Sequence record: SRR20825010_2427
Length of the DNA stretch: 44,565 bases
Strand: one strand, 5' to 3'
The notes below the pieces were generated by a model. It saw only the letters and a program-made list of their open reading frames with translations, was not told the DNA's origin and did not search any database. The position numbers were made by a program, and so were the translations under genes. Positions 1-9,945 of the stretch are shown piece after piece. Position 1 is the stretch's first letter. The number at the start of each line of letters is the position of its first letter.

Positions 1-60
1 GCGGCTCAATAAATCAACAGCCTGCTAGGCCCTTTTCTGAATGACAGAGCTCCGAGCCGA

Positions 61-1089
61 TCAGCTTTCCAACCAGTCCTCAACATAGATCTGTTTGATC
101 CAAAGCATGCTGACCGCGAACATCGGCGTCGCGAAAACGATCCCCCAGAAACCAAAGACCAACCCTCCGATGATCTGCGCCAAAATCACCATCGCGGGTG
201 GCAGCTCGACTTGGTGTTCCTGAACCATCGGTGTGATGAGGTAGCTTTCGATCGTTTGGATCACCAGATAGAGGACCAAAACGCTAATGAGCGCGGTCGA
301 TCCCTGTTGCGATGCCAGCAACAATGCGGGCACGACGGCGGCGATGCCACCGATGTTGGGAATGAAGGTTACCAAGCCTGCGAACACGCCCAGTTCCAGC
401 GGCATTGGAACGCCAATCACAGCCAACCCGATTCCGAATACGATTCCCACCAATGCCATCGCAATCAAACGACCAATCATCCAGCGCCACAACGTGGTAG
501 ACGACTGAGACAGCAAATCTGACGTCTTCTCACGCCATCCGGTTGGCAGCATCCGAATCGCACCCACTCGGTATTTGTCGGGACTGAGAGCGAAGTAAAT
601 CGAAAGGATCAACAAGATCAAAAAGTCCGCCATCCCGCCAAACGCTGATGCAAAGAAATTCTTGGCCAACCCGATGGATTTTCCTGAAGAAGGCATCATG
701 GAACTGAGCTTGGCATCTTCTTCGAGGTGATCTTCAACGAGTGGTTGCTGCTTGACCGATTCAAAAGTTTCCTGGACTGAATTCTCAATCCGGTCTTTAA
801 ACTGAGCCGCTTTCTGAGCCGCCGAGTTCGCGAACGAGTACATTGTCAGACAGGATAACACCGCGATCGTGAAGATCACCAAACCAACTCGTGTGGTACG
901 CGATAGATCCAGCGGAACCCATCGCGCAATGAGATCTGCCAATTGGTTCAAAACAACCGCAATGAGCACCGATCCAAAGATTAGTGGCAACAAGTTGCGA
1001 GCGACATAGAGCAATCCCGCGGTCGCAACGACCAGCAAAACAATGCCGCTGGCCAAGAGAACGCGTCGTGAAAAAGCGGCGTGATCCAT
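61..1089 (-). CDS. AI-2E (UPF0118/PerM) family transporter
   Basis: 342 aa multi-TM protein with family motifs FIPNIG, QTIESYLITPMV and FGFWGIVFATP; start overlaps the upstream stop. Confidence 0.9.
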   Translation of the reverse strand: MDHAAFSRRVLLASGIVLLVVATAGLLYVARNLLPLIFGSVLIAVVLNQLADLIARWVPLDLSRTTRVGLVIFTIAVLSCLTMYSFANSAAQKAAQFKDRIENSVQETFESVKQQPLVEDHLEEDAKLSSMMPSSGKSIGLAKNFFASAFGGMADFLILLILSIYFALSPDKYRVGAIRMLPTGWREKTSDLLSQSSTTLWRWMIGRLIAMALVGIVFGIGLAVIGVPMPLELGVFAGLVTFIPNIGGIAAVVPALLLASQQGSTALISVLVLYLVIQTIESYLITPMVQEHQVELPPAMVILAQIIGGLVFGFWGIVFATPMFAVSMLWIKQIYVEDWLES

Positions 1090-2420
1090 CAGGATTCACT
1101 TTCTTCGGTTTGGGTGGGACGGTGATGGCCTGGACCATTGTTCTCAACAACCGACTCAGTCGTTTTGAAACCAACGTGTTCAGGGTTTTTAAATGTCAGT
1201 GTGCGATACGGGAATGGAATTTCAATTCCGGCGGCGTCCAAATCTCGCTTGATTGCTGCGACGACTTCATCGCGACTTCGACGGATATCCAGCGGTTTGG
1301 ATCCAGCCCACCAAGCGACCTCAAAATTGATGCTCGAGTCAGCAAACTCCTTGGCAAAAACCTCTACGGTCCGCTTCCCTTGCACCGTCTCACATGACTG
1401 CACCGCCTGCTTGATCACATCGCGAGATTGGTCGACATCTTCGTCGTAGGCAACGCCGCAAATGATGCGAACTCGCCGCTGCGGCTGGCTGGTCAACACA
1501 TCGACGTTGTTCTTGAACAGAGTCGCATTCGGCACGACGGCCAATTCGCCATCCAGCTTTCGAATCAGCGTGTTGCGGATGGTGATTTGCTTGACTTCGC
1601 CAGTCAGATCACCACATGTGATGAAGTCACCGCGATCGAACGGATATCCCCAAAGAATCAGGATTCCAGCGAAGAAATTCTCGAAGATGTCTTTGAAGGC
1701 AAAACCAATCGCAACCGATCCCAAACCCAAAACGGTCAATGCTTTGGATGGAGTCATCCCTGGAAACGCGACCACCGTCGCGATCAACAATCCCACGATC
1801 CAGATCGCGATCGAAGACAGTTGGTTGACCAAATCCTTCAGACTGGTACGCATCCCGCGATTGTCGAGGAGCCGATGAATGATCCAACTCGCAAGTTTCG
1901 ACAGCAACGAAGTCACCAACACGACGAACAGCGCGGCAACCAAGAGTGGCGATCGAACCAGAAAATCAGTCCACAACGAGTCCAATGACTTGGTTACCAC
2001 CTCACGCGTCGAGGCGAGGTCAACGGCGCTGTCAATGGAGAGCTCGTTGATCACCGCGACAACATCTTCGGTTTTGCGAGCCACATTTTCTGCCCACTGA
2101 CGATGTTCCTCCGTGTCGGCTTGCCCGCGAATTGTCACGATGCCGCTCTGCAGTTCGACTTCCGCGTCGGACAACCAACCTGCTTCTTTGGCCGAGTCAA
2201 AGATCTTCGTCAACCGATCGCGTATGGCATCGTCGTCGCTGATATTTTGCACCGAAACGGTTTCCGCCGGTGCGTTGGTGTCTTCCACCGGTTCCGCTTC
2301 ACTCGCTTCTTGCGCAGAAACTCGATTCACCGCAACTGAGATACAAAGCATGATGACTAGAACGAAGACGTACCGAATCGTCTTGTATGCCCAGTCACTC
2401 CAACGCGACTCGCCACTCAT
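1089..2420 (-). CDS. BON domain + MscS small-conductance mechanosensitive channel
   Basis: Periplasmic BON-like segment (GIVTIRG...VVAVINEL) then MscS core (IGFAFKDIFENFFAG, PFDRGD, VPNA, GIEIPFP). Start trimmed to ATG 2420; 2438 is also possible. Confidence 0.9.
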   Translation of the reverse strand: MSGESRWSDWAYKTIRYVFVLVIMLCISVAVNRVSAQEASEAEPVEDTNAPAETVSVQNISDDDAIRDRLTKIFDSAKEAGWLSDAEVELQSGIVTIRGQADTEEHRQWAENVARKTEDVVAVINELSIDSAVDLASTREVVTKSLDSLWTDFLVRSPLLVAALFVVLVTSLLSKLASWIIHRLLDNRGMRTSLKDLVNQLSSIAIWIVGLLIATVVAFPGMTPSKALTVLGLGSVAIGFAFKDIFENFFAGILILWGYPFDRGDFITCGDLTGEVKQITIRNTLIRKLDGELAVVPNATLFKNNVDVLTSQPQRRVRIICGVAYDEDVDQSRDVIKQAVQSCETVQGKRTVEVFAKEFADSSINFEVAWWAGSKPLDIRRSRDEVVAAIKRDLDAAGIEIPFPYRTLTFKNPEHVGFKTTESVVENNGPGHHRPTQTEESES

Positions 2421-2427
2421 TTGGAAA

Positions 2428-3696
2428 TCAGTTTTCATCTTCGAGGGCCTTTTCGAGATCGCGGATGGGTTCTTCAATCAGCTCATTGAGCGGCTTGCAG
2501 TTCGAGATTTCAATCACGCGTTTCATTGATTCGATGAAGTAGATCGACGCATTCCGATCGTTTCTGACATACGGAACCAATTGCCAAAGCATCGATTGAA
2601 CGAAGTCCGCACGCGTCACTTCGGTCGTGATGATTCGCAATTCGTCTTTTTCATCCATTCGGTAGCGGGTGGGGAGCTTTCGTTGTGACAACTGCACCAA
2701 TCCATCCGACAACCAGTCGATACACTGCATTGCGGTGAACGGGTCATTCACACCAGGCGACAACGCACGCGTCGCGACTTCCACAAACTCATTCAAGATG
2801 AAAAAGACATCCTGAGTTGGCGTTCGCGAATATCCGATCGCGAAACCGTGGCGTACTTTCTTCGCATGTTCTTCATTCCATTCAGCCATGCGAGTCACCT
2901 CGGCGATGATTTCGCTGCGCCGGACGAAATCGCCCGGACGCTTGATCAAACGCACAACCGCGGATTGCTCCTTTGCAAATTGGATCAGTTCATCATCGTC
3001 GATCCCTTGCAGATAGCCGGTCACATCGGAACGAACCGTGTGCAAAAAGTCGCTGGACAAACTCGGAACCTCTTGCTCCTCGTCCAACGCTTGTCCAACA
3101 GTCTCGGGATACAGCTCATCGAACTTCTCCGACATGTCGATCGCCAAACGACGCAGCACCGTCGAAATATGGATGCTGTCGGGCACATGGTGGATGAAGT
3201 AGATCAGTTCACCAACGCTCGCAATCGTCAGCACGAGACTCACGAACAGCGAAAGTTGTGGGACAAAGGCCTCAACAGATAACTCCCAACTTTCCGGCAC
3301 GGCACCGCCGCGGACGACTCGCAGCACTAAAAGGCAATACAAAAACGTCGCGACAAAGGTACCGAGCGTGATCTGATTGCCACGATCTCGCATGAAGTTG
3401 TCCAGCAACCGTGGACCGAAGTGCGACGTCGCGTGCGAGACCGCCAAGATCGTTAGTGAAAATGTCACGCCCGCCACGGTGATCATGGATCCCGCGACAG
3501 TTGCCAGCAACGCACGTGCTCCATCGGGTTGGTTCATTGATGTGAACCAGTATTGTTGCAACCAAGCGTTGCCGACGGTCCGATCAATCCAAATGGTGAC
3601 CTGCGACAGCACGATGGCGGACAGCACCATCAGCGATGGAATGAACCAATAGCTTCCTTTGATTCGATACAGTAGTTGTTGGAGGTAGGCCTTCAT
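2428..3696 (-). CDS. DUF2254 family membrane protein
   Basis: SYWFIPS, GSMITVAGVTFS, FGPRLL and RALSPGVNDPFTA motifs; ATGA overlap with the upstream gene. Confidence 0.88.
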   Translation of the reverse strand: MKAYLQQLLYRIKGSYWFIPSLMVLSAIVLSQVTIWIDRTVGNAWLQQYWFTSMNQPDGARALLATVAGSMITVAGVTFSLTILAVSHATSHFGPRLLDNFMRDRGNQITLGTFVATFLYCLLVLRVVRGGAVPESWELSVEAFVPQLSLFVSLVLTIASVGELIYFIHHVPDSIHISTVLRRLAIDMSEKFDELYPETVGQALDEEQEVPSLSSDFLHTVRSDVTGYLQGIDDDELIQFAKEQSAVVRLIKRPGDFVRRSEIIAEVTRMAEWNEEHAKKVRHGFAIGYSRTPTQDVFFILNEFVEVATRALSPGVNDPFTAMQCIDWLSDGLVQLSQRKLPTRYRMDEKDELRIITTEVTRADFVQSMLWQLVPYVRNDRNASIYFIESMKRVIEISNCKPLNELIEEPIRDLEKALEDEN

Positions 3697-5114
3697 GCAA
3701 TCAGGTTCGCCTCACCCTCGACCGTTTCATCGTCTTCCGTTGCCCGCAAGACTTCGGTTTGCTCGGCACCCAAGTCACCTTCGCCAACGGAGGTGGTTGG
3801 CTCTTCGGCCGGCTGAGACTTTTCGGGCAATGCTGGCGGTGCTGCTGGCAATTGCTCCACCATTTGAACGGGCACGCCTCGTGGGAACACCAATTCCCGT
3901 GCCTCGTCGGGCATACTGATTCCAGCTTCGGTCAGCTTCTGTTTCACCAGCCGAATCACGCTGCTGCTTACCTTCAACGGTGAATGAGTCGTTTGGTCGA
4001 ACCAGTAATACACCCGCAAGTTCACCGTGGCGGACCCGAGCGATTCAACGATCGCGATCGGAGCCGGATCGTTCACGACCCCAATGTGATCGTCCAGGAC
4101 CGACATGACGATTTCTTGAGCTTCCACAATCGAATCTTCAAACCCGATCCCGACAGTGAAGTCGCGTCGACTCAGTGGTGTTGCTGTGTAGTTGATGATT
4201 TTGCCTTTGTAGACCGTGCTGTTTGGCATTTGAATTTGGTTGCCGTCCAAAGTGTTCAGCACCGTTCCCCGAGTCGTAACTTTGCGGACGAAACCTTTGG
4301 CTCCCTCAACTTCGATCAAGTCACCCACGCGGAAAGGATGATTCAGCGATATCAGAATGCTGGCCAAGTAGTTTTCGGCGATGTCGCGGAAAGCGAAACC
4401 CAAGGCCAAACCGACCAATCCAGTGCCGCCCAACAAGGTGACCGCCAACCTGGTCAACCCGGACACACGCAACGCGACATAGACACCGATGATGAAGATC
4501 AAAACCCCGACAACATTGCCAACGACTTGCCGTAAAAGGGAACTATCGATTCGCGAACGAGTGAACCAGCGTGTCAGTCCTGCACCGGCGCGAGCCAGGA
4601 AGTAAGACAAAATCGCGACTGCCAGAGCAACCAATACCAGCGGCAACACACCGGTTGCTTCGCGGCCAAGCTGTTTCAATGAAGCGATTGCCGGTGCGAA
4701 ATTCCAAAGCGGGAGCTCCGCCACCTTCAATCGATTGACTACCGCGACCACGTCCGATGTTTTGATTGCGGTCGCCTCCGCCCAATCCCGGTGGCTCTTT
4801 GTGTCCGAGGTTCCACTTAGAAAAGCGACACCGCGATCAACCTTCACCTCCGGATCCGTGAACCAACCGGTCGCTTCCATGATCTCTTGCAACCGTGTCT
4901 CGATCCGTTGATCGCTATTGATTGGATCAACCTGCACTTCGTCTGCAACCTGCACGGCATTCTTGTCGCCTTCTTGGCCATCACCCGTCACCTCTGCGGC
5001 AATGTCATCGGCCGTCGGAGTATCGTCTTGGGCAACTGCGTTTCGTGCGTTAAGACCAACGAGCAGCGCGAGCCCCAACAGCAACCCGCGAAAACAGACA
5101 ATCGATCGAGACAT
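3693..5114 (-). CDS. BON domain + MscS mechanosensitive channel (second paralogue)
   Basis: Signal peptide, BON-like segment (GVAFLSG...VVAVVNRL), then LGFAFRDIAENYLAS, PFRVGD, MPNS. Confidence 0.9.
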   Translation of the reverse strand: MSRSIVCFRGLLLGLALLVGLNARNAVAQDDTPTADDIAAEVTGDGQEGDKNAVQVADEVQVDPINSDQRIETRLQEIMEATGWFTDPEVKVDRGVAFLSGTSDTKSHRDWAEATAIKTSDVVAVVNRLKVAELPLWNFAPAIASLKQLGREATGVLPLVLVALAVAILSYFLARAGAGLTRWFTRSRIDSSLLRQVVGNVVGVLIFIIGVYVALRVSGLTRLAVTLLGGTGLVGLALGFAFRDIAENYLASILISLNHPFRVGDLIEVEGAKGFVRKVTTRGTVLNTLDGNQIQMPNSTVYKGKIINYTATPLSRRDFTVGIGFEDSIVEAQEIVMSVLDDHIGVVNDPAPIAIVESLGSATVNLRVYYWFDQTTHSPLKVSSSVIRLVKQKLTEAGISMPDEARELVFPRGVPVQMVEQLPAAPPALPEKSQPAEEPTTSVGEGDLGAEQTEVLRATEDDETVEGEANLIA

Positions 5115-5183
5115 GAACAGACAACGGGTGCGTGAAAGGAATCAGTAAAACGCAACGATCTGGTGGACTTTTGCAGTGTCGGA

Positions 5184-5206
5184 AAAAAGGTGTCAGGTAC
5201 CTTTTT
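5184..5206. repeat. Short palindrome AAAAAGGT-GTCAGGT-ACCTTTTT (REP-like element or bidirectional hairpin)
   Basis: Perfect 8-bp inverted arms around a 7-nt spacer in intergenic DNA. Confidence 0.55.
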
Positions 5207-5405
5207 GCCATGCAACGTAAAAGCGTCTTGGGTGAGGGCGTGCCCGCCATGGGCATTTGACAAGAACTCCCCCGCCTCTCTTACCGCAAGAAGCTTGAAG
5301 AACCAGCCAAGCTCAAACAAATGTTATGGGGCGAGACAGATGCCGTGAAGCTCGGCGACGAACTTGAGCATCTCGTCCAAATAGACACGGACTCCGATCC
5401 AATGA

Positions 5406-6077
5406 TCAGAAGTCGACGCGATTGTTCTTGCTGTCAAAGCGTGCTTCGTAATCGATCTGCACCAGATAATCTTTCAGAGCAACCAATTCACGGACGTCTA
5501 ACTCATCTCGGATTGAATCGATCGCTTCTTCCATCCGTTTCACCATGCGGTGAACTTTGATAAAGTCAAATTCCTGGTACTGAGCATCGGGTTGGTAGCG
5601 TTTCGCGAGCGTTCGCTCGATTGGACGGCGGTAAGGTTCCAGAACCGGACTGTCCAAAGGTTCGGGCCAATAGATCTCTCCGGTATCTCGCTTGATTTGA
5701 TTTTCGTTCAAGCGATCAGGCTTTTGCTTGTTCGCAATCTTCATTCGATCCGATGCCGACATCCGGTCTTCTTTCAGTTGCTCCTCTCGAAGCTTCTTGA
5801 TGTCGTAGTACAGCTCGACCGATTCTTTTCGGTTTTCGAGTTGCTTGGCGATGGCTTCCTGAAAGCGTTCCGCAGACAGGGATCGCAGTACGGCACCACG
5901 TCCCAGTCCCTCCGCTAGATCGCCCCGTGATTCCAGGATGTCACCGGCCGCGGTTGATGCTCCGTCGTTGTCGAACAGCCCGTCGTCGGCACTTGCGACC
6001 GTGATCGCGAACATCACGGTCAGTGCCGTGGCCACAATCGCCACGGCGGCGTGTCGCGAGTTGGTTGAATGTGTCAT
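5406..6077 (-). CDS. Secreted hypothetical protein
   Basis: 223 aa; signal peptide ending ASA-DD; helical charged body; sigma54 motif about 50 nt upstream. Confidence 0.8.
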   Translation of the reverse strand: MTHSTNSRHAAVAIVATALTVMFAITVASADDGLFDNDGASTAAGDILESRGDLAEGLGRGAVLRSLSAERFQEAIAKQLENRKESVELYYDIKKLREEQLKEDRMSASDRMKIANKQKPDRLNENQIKRDTGEIYWPEPLDSPVLEPYRRPIERTLAKRYQPDAQYQEFDFIKVHRMVKRMEEAIDSIRDELDVRELVALKDYLVQIDYEARFDSKNNRVDF

Positions 6078-6127
6078 CGTCGATCCCCGAGTTCAGTTTG
6101 GTAGAAAGTTTGTGATGAGAGGATCTA

Positions 6128-6143
6128 CGCAAACACCGTTCCA
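6128..6143 (-). promoter_or_regulatory. sigma54 -24/-12 promoter candidate
   Basis: Minus strand TGGAACGGTGTTTGCG (GG-N10-GC) upstream of 6077. Confidence 0.7.
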
Positions 6144-6151
6144 AACTGCTT

Positions 6152-6167
6152 TGGCCTGAAATTCGCA
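6152..6167 (+). promoter_or_regulatory. sigma54 -24/-12 promoter candidate (divergent)
   Basis: TGGCCTGAAATTCGCA; about 295 nt upstream of the hydrolase start, so weaker support. Confidence 0.4.
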
Positions 6168-6462
6168 ACCCATTTGGCACTCCGCTTCATCGATGCGATA
6201 CGACGTGCTGAATAGCCTCGAAGCTGCCGGAGTGCGCGTGGTCACTAACGAAGTGATTGAAATCAACCAGCTAGTTAAGGAAGCTTTTTCCTAACGAAAC
6301 TCGGCAATCCAGACTCCTGGTGGAATCAGAACGGTGGATTCTCCGAAAGACGGATGCCTGACAACTTGAGTCCGCTCATTCACCGCGTCTTGCTTCGTTC
6401 GCACGATCTTGGAGCGAGACGCTGCGATAAATAACGAGATTCCTATCTTCGAAATCGAAACA

Positions 6463-7503
6463 ATGCCCGACGACGAAACAAACCGCGAAAATCGCGTCAC
6501 TGTGGCCGCGGATCAAATCGAGGGAATCGATTCCTTTCAGCCGCATCCGCTCTGCCGCGGCGGTTGGTTGCAAACGATCTCGGTGAAATGGCTGAATCCG
6601 CAACTCTCCTTGGACACTCGACCGGACGCGATCGGAATCTCCGTTCCCGACGACCACACTCCGCCGGATGAGCTGAGCGGTTATTACTTCCCCGCTACAG
6701 ATAAACGAGGCGACAAGCCACTCGTCACCGTCTTTCATGGGATGGGTGGTCACGCGCTGAGTCGATACATGCGTTCGCTTGGCCAGCGACTCAACACGAA
6801 CGGATACGACGTCTTGCTATGGAATCATCGTGGTGCGGGACGATCGGCTTCCAAGTGCGCTCGCTTTCATCATCCCGGGTTAACAGCCGATGTTTGCCAT
6901 CTCACCGAGCACTTGAAAGCAGATCGACCAGAGTGGACGCGAAACGGCCTGGCATGTGTTGCGTTCTCGTTGGGCGCCAACTTGTTGTTAAAGTATTTGG
7001 CCGAATCGGGAGCTGATTCGAATTTCAATGCCGCGGTCAGCGTCTCCGCTCCCCTAGACATGGAAGTCACGTCAAAGAATCTGCGAACCGGATCAAATTA
7101 CGCATTTGATCAATACCTACTGAACAAGCAACGCGATGAATTGCTAAGAAGTTCGGCCGAGCTAACAGACGAAGAACGATCCACATTGGAGTCGGTCTCA
7201 TCGGTTTGGGAACTCGATGATCAGTTCACCGCACCGCGTTTCGGATACGACGGTGCCAAAGATTACTACGCCGAGAACTCGGCAGTCGACTCCATGCAAT
7301 CGATCCGCACCCCAACTTTGCTGCTGCATGCCAAAGATGACCCGGTCGTCGTTCCCGAGGTATTCGAAGGGATCGATTGGGAAAAGAACGACGCTCTTTA
7401 CCCGATGCTTTGCGAGTCCGGCGGCCACACAGGATTTTTCGATCAAAACCGTCGACGATGGCACGAATCAGCCACAATCGCGTTTTTCGACTCGGTCTTG
7501 TGA
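6463..7503 (+). CDS. YheT-like alpha/beta-fold hydrolase
   Basis: GGWLQT, HGMGG, nucleophile elbow AFSLG, HAKDDP, GGHTGF. Start trimmed to ATG 6463. Confidence 0.88.
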   Translation: MPDDETNRENRVTVAADQIEGIDSFQPHPLCRGGWLQTISVKWLNPQLSLDTRPDAIGISVPDDHTPPDELSGYYFPATDKRGDKPLVTVFHGMGGHALSRYMRSLGQRLNTNGYDVLLWNHRGAGRSASKCARFHHPGLTADVCHLTEHLKADRPEWTRNGLACVAFSLGANLLLKYLAESGADSNFNAAVSVSAPLDMEVTSKNLRTGSNYAFDQYLLNKQRDELLRSSAELTDEERSTLESVSSVWELDDQFTAPRFGYDGAKDYYAENSAVDSMQSIRTPTLLLHAKDDPVVVPEVFEGIDWEKNDALYPMLCESGGHTGFFDQNRRRWHESATIAFFDSVL

Positions 7504-7617
7504 CGGCCCAGAGCGTGACAACGGTACGTTGGCACGAAAAAAGGCTGATCCGCCGGATGCGAATTCAGCCTCGTGCAATCTTTCGATCGCGATCGTACAA
7601 ATGAACGACGGCCTGGA

Positions 7618-8106
7618 TCAGGCTTCGTAACGTTCAATCGAAACGGGGTCGCATGTCTTCAACGTTTGAGCGGCAGTGTTGAGTTTGCCCTTGTCCCCTT
7701 CCACCACGATTAGCGACGAACCGGCGTTCAGGTTGGACTCGTAATTGGCACTAGCTTTGTCGTCCAAACCCCATGCCTTAATCGAAGCGAGCAAGCCGCC
7801 ACCCACCGCTCCAGCAGCCATGCCTGCAATCGGCCCGGCAACAAGAAATGGCCCGATCATTGTCGGTGCTGCCAACAACGCTCCGATGGCACCTCCAGCT
7901 AAAGTCGCTGCACCGGTCGTTTTTTCAGCGGGTGGCGACGAGGCCATGTCTCCGCTGGCGTTCTCGCTCGTAACTTCATGCGGATGCTCAGCCGCCGTGA
8001 TGACACTGAAGTCATCCGGCGTGTATCCATCCTTTTGAAGGGCCTCAACGGCGACCGCCAACTTTTTGCGGTCGGAATACTCTGCGACAAGGCATTGTTG
8101 ACTCAT
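7618..8106 (-). CDS. General-stress/glycine-zipper membrane protein (17M/DUF1269-like)
   Basis: Ferredoxin-like ends (AVEALQKDGY...SVI; YESNLNAGSSLIVV) around a Gly/Ala zipper; AGGAG RBS. Confidence 0.75.
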   Translation of the reverse strand: MSQQCLVAEYSDRKKLAVAVEALQKDGYTPDDFSVITAAEHPHEVTSENASGDMASSPPAEKTTGAATLAGGAIGALLAAPTMIGPFLVAGPIAGMAAGAVGGGLLASIKAWGLDDKASANYESNLNAGSSLIVVEGDKGKLNTAAQTLKTCDPVSIERYEA

Positions 8107-8168
8107 GACGTTCTCCTAAGAATTGGTCGAATCGATTTGGTGTTACGGTGGGGATGGTGCCGACGAAA

Positions 8169-8624
8169 TCAGTCTTCACGTTCGGCTTCAAACAACATCA
8201 CCTTGCTGCCCTTGGGAGACTTGAACTCCTTTGGGCGATCTGCGCCGGGCAATGCGTAACAAATTTCAAATTCATCGCCTTCTTCCATCTTGATGATCCC
8301 GAACGACTTCATGGGAGGCATCCCTTTCATCTCGGTCGTCATGTCAATGTGAACGGGCTTCTTGGTTTCGTCGAGCGTGAACAGGGCGCGATAGACTTCG
8401 CGTTGTTCTCGATCGTAGGTGACGATCATGTTCTTCTCGATTTTCATGATTGTTCCTTCCAGTTCCTTTTCAGGAATCTCCTCGCCTTGGTTCACTCCCT
8501 CCTCAACTTCCCAAACGCCCGCCAGTCGTTTCAGCATGGGCTGGGTGTGTTCGTCGGCCTGAACCGGAACAACGGACGCAAACAGGAGGCAGGGCAAAAC
8601 GGCGAGCATTGTGTAGCGTGGCAT
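8169..8624 (-). CDS. TIGR03067 planctomycete domain secreted protein
   Basis: Signal peptide, LAGVW, LDETKKPVHIDM, GII, ICYALPGADRPKEFKS; GAGGA RBS before ATG 8624. Confidence 0.85.
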   Translation of the reverse strand: MPRYTMLAVLPCLLFASVVPVQADEHTQPMLKRLAGVWEVEEGVNQGEEIPEKELEGTIMKIEKNMIVTYDREQREVYRALFTLDETKKPVHIDMTTEMKGMPPMKSFGIIKMEEGDEFEICYALPGADRPKEFKSPKGSKVMLFEAERED

Positions 8625-8759
8625 TGGGGTGGTCCTCGTTGAATGTGATTGGATTGTTTTCAAACTCGCCGAGGACATCAGAATTGCCTTCCCATCTTCG
8701 GTGAGTGAACGTTCGCGGCGAAAGCCTCTCAAGCTGAACGTCCTGAGATTGCAACCAAA

Positions 8760-8775
8760 CGCAATCGCCATACCA
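8760..8775 (-). promoter_or_regulatory. sigma54 -24/-12 promoter candidate
   Basis: Minus strand TGGTATGGCGATTGCG upstream of 8624. Confidence 0.6.
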
Positions 8776-9040
8776 CCTTGCTGCCGCAAAACCCGATTTG
8801 TTTGGACGGTCACACGAATGAACTGCAATCAGCATCATCCGTCGGGTCGGCAGCACCACTTGAACGACGACCGACCAAGATGCTCGAGAATGCACCGCCG
8901 CCGCATCGCCAACGCGGTTCACCCGACGCTTCCAAACGAATCAGCACATCGATAGCCCCATCCTTCGACCTCGTTTTCACCAACGCCGGCTATTACGAAT
9001 CCATCAGCGATCAAAACGTTTCAGAAAGACGAAAACGTTT

Positions 9041-9056
9041 TGGCCCGCGATATGCG
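9041..9056 (+). promoter_or_regulatory. sigma54 -24/-12 promoter candidate
   Basis: TGGCCCGCGATATGCG about 70 nt upstream of csbD. Confidence 0.65.
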
Positions 9057-9124
9057 TTTGTCTCCTTCCGCCATCTCAGACGAGATCGCAACCGAGACAA
9101 CACACATTTAAAGGAGTTCAACTC

Positions 9125-9556
9125 ATGGTTAATCGTCAAGAATTGCAGGGTCACTGGAACGAAGTCAAAGGCCGCTTGAAAGAGCATTGGGGCCAATTGA
9201 CCGAAGACGATCTGCAACAGGCTCGCGGTTCGGCAGAACAACTGGTCGGCGTCGTACAACAAAAAACCGGTGCGACACAGAACGAAATCGAGAAGTTCCT
9301 CGACAGCGTGCTGAACCGAAACTTTGGTGACCAGGCCTCTGAAACCGTCCAGCAATACAGCGAAGCCGCTCAGGCCGCTGCTGCTGACGCCGCCGCCTAC
9401 GCTCGCCAAAACTACCAGCGATTGGCATCGCAGTCCGGCGAGTACGGAGCCAAGTTGGCCGACACCGTTCGAACACGTCCCGGCGAATCGCTTGCGATCG
9501 CTTTCGGGCTCGGCATCGCCGCTGGTGCAATCCTGTTCTTCGGTAACAAGAAATAG
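9125..9556 (+). CDS. csbD: CsbD family stress protein with DUF883-like C-terminal anchor
   Basis: [25 protein letters not shown]-terminal [22 protein letters not shown]. Confidence 0.9.
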   Translation: MVNRQELQGHWNEVKGRLKEHWGQLTEDDLQQARGSAEQLVGVVQQKTGATQNEIEKFLDSVLNRNFGDQASETVQQYSEAAQAAAADAAAYARQNYQRLASQSGEYGAKLADTVRTRPGESLAIAFGLGIAAGAILFFGNKK

Positions 9557-9558
9557 TC

Positions 9559-9945
9559 ATGGCGACCACGCTTGCAACGAAGAAACAATCCGCCGCGATC
9601 AAACAGCGAATGGCTGAGATTCGAACGGAGCTTCCGTATGAAGTTGACGACGCTCGTGTTCGAGTCCGTCAGCTAACGGATTGGAAGTATCACATGTCGC
9701 GGCACCCATTGCCCATTTTGGCAGGTGTCGCGGCACTCGGATTTCTAATCGTTCCCAATAAGCGAACGCCGGAGCGAATCATCATCCGCGAAACACCAAG
9801 CGGAACGGAGTCGACTCCCGCGCCAGCCAAGAAAGGTTTGATGGCGGGCATCGCCGGCACCGTGATGACACTCGCGCTCAGGCAAGCAAGCACCGTGGCG
9901 GCTCAACAAATCAACCGCATCCTGACCAACCGAACATCCACATGA
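9559..9945 (+). CDS. Hypothetical membrane protein (DUF3618/YqjK-like)
   Basis: 128 aa; coiled N-terminus, HPLPILAGVAALGFL TM segment; tightly coupled in the operon. Confidence 0.75.
   Translation: MATTLATKKQSAAIKQRMAEIRTELPYEVDDARVRVRQLTDWKYHMSRHPLPILAGVAALGFLIVPNKRTPERIIIRETPSGTESTPAPAKKGLMAGIAGTVMTLALRQASTVAAQQINRILTNRTST

Noticed and set aside
6175-6190. TGGCACTCCGCTTCAT as a sigma54 promoter
   Set aside because: Good -24 element but lacks the invariant GC at -12.
7530-7545. TGGCACGAAAAAAGGC as a sigma54 promoter
   Set aside because: GG-GC spacing is off by one and it points at no gene start (convergent gap).
8625-8828. Long N-terminal extensions in the track (also at 15389, 16620, 20815, 29101)
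   Set aside because: They run through promoter motifs or neighbouring genes; downstream starts fit RBS, signal peptide or domain boundaries better.
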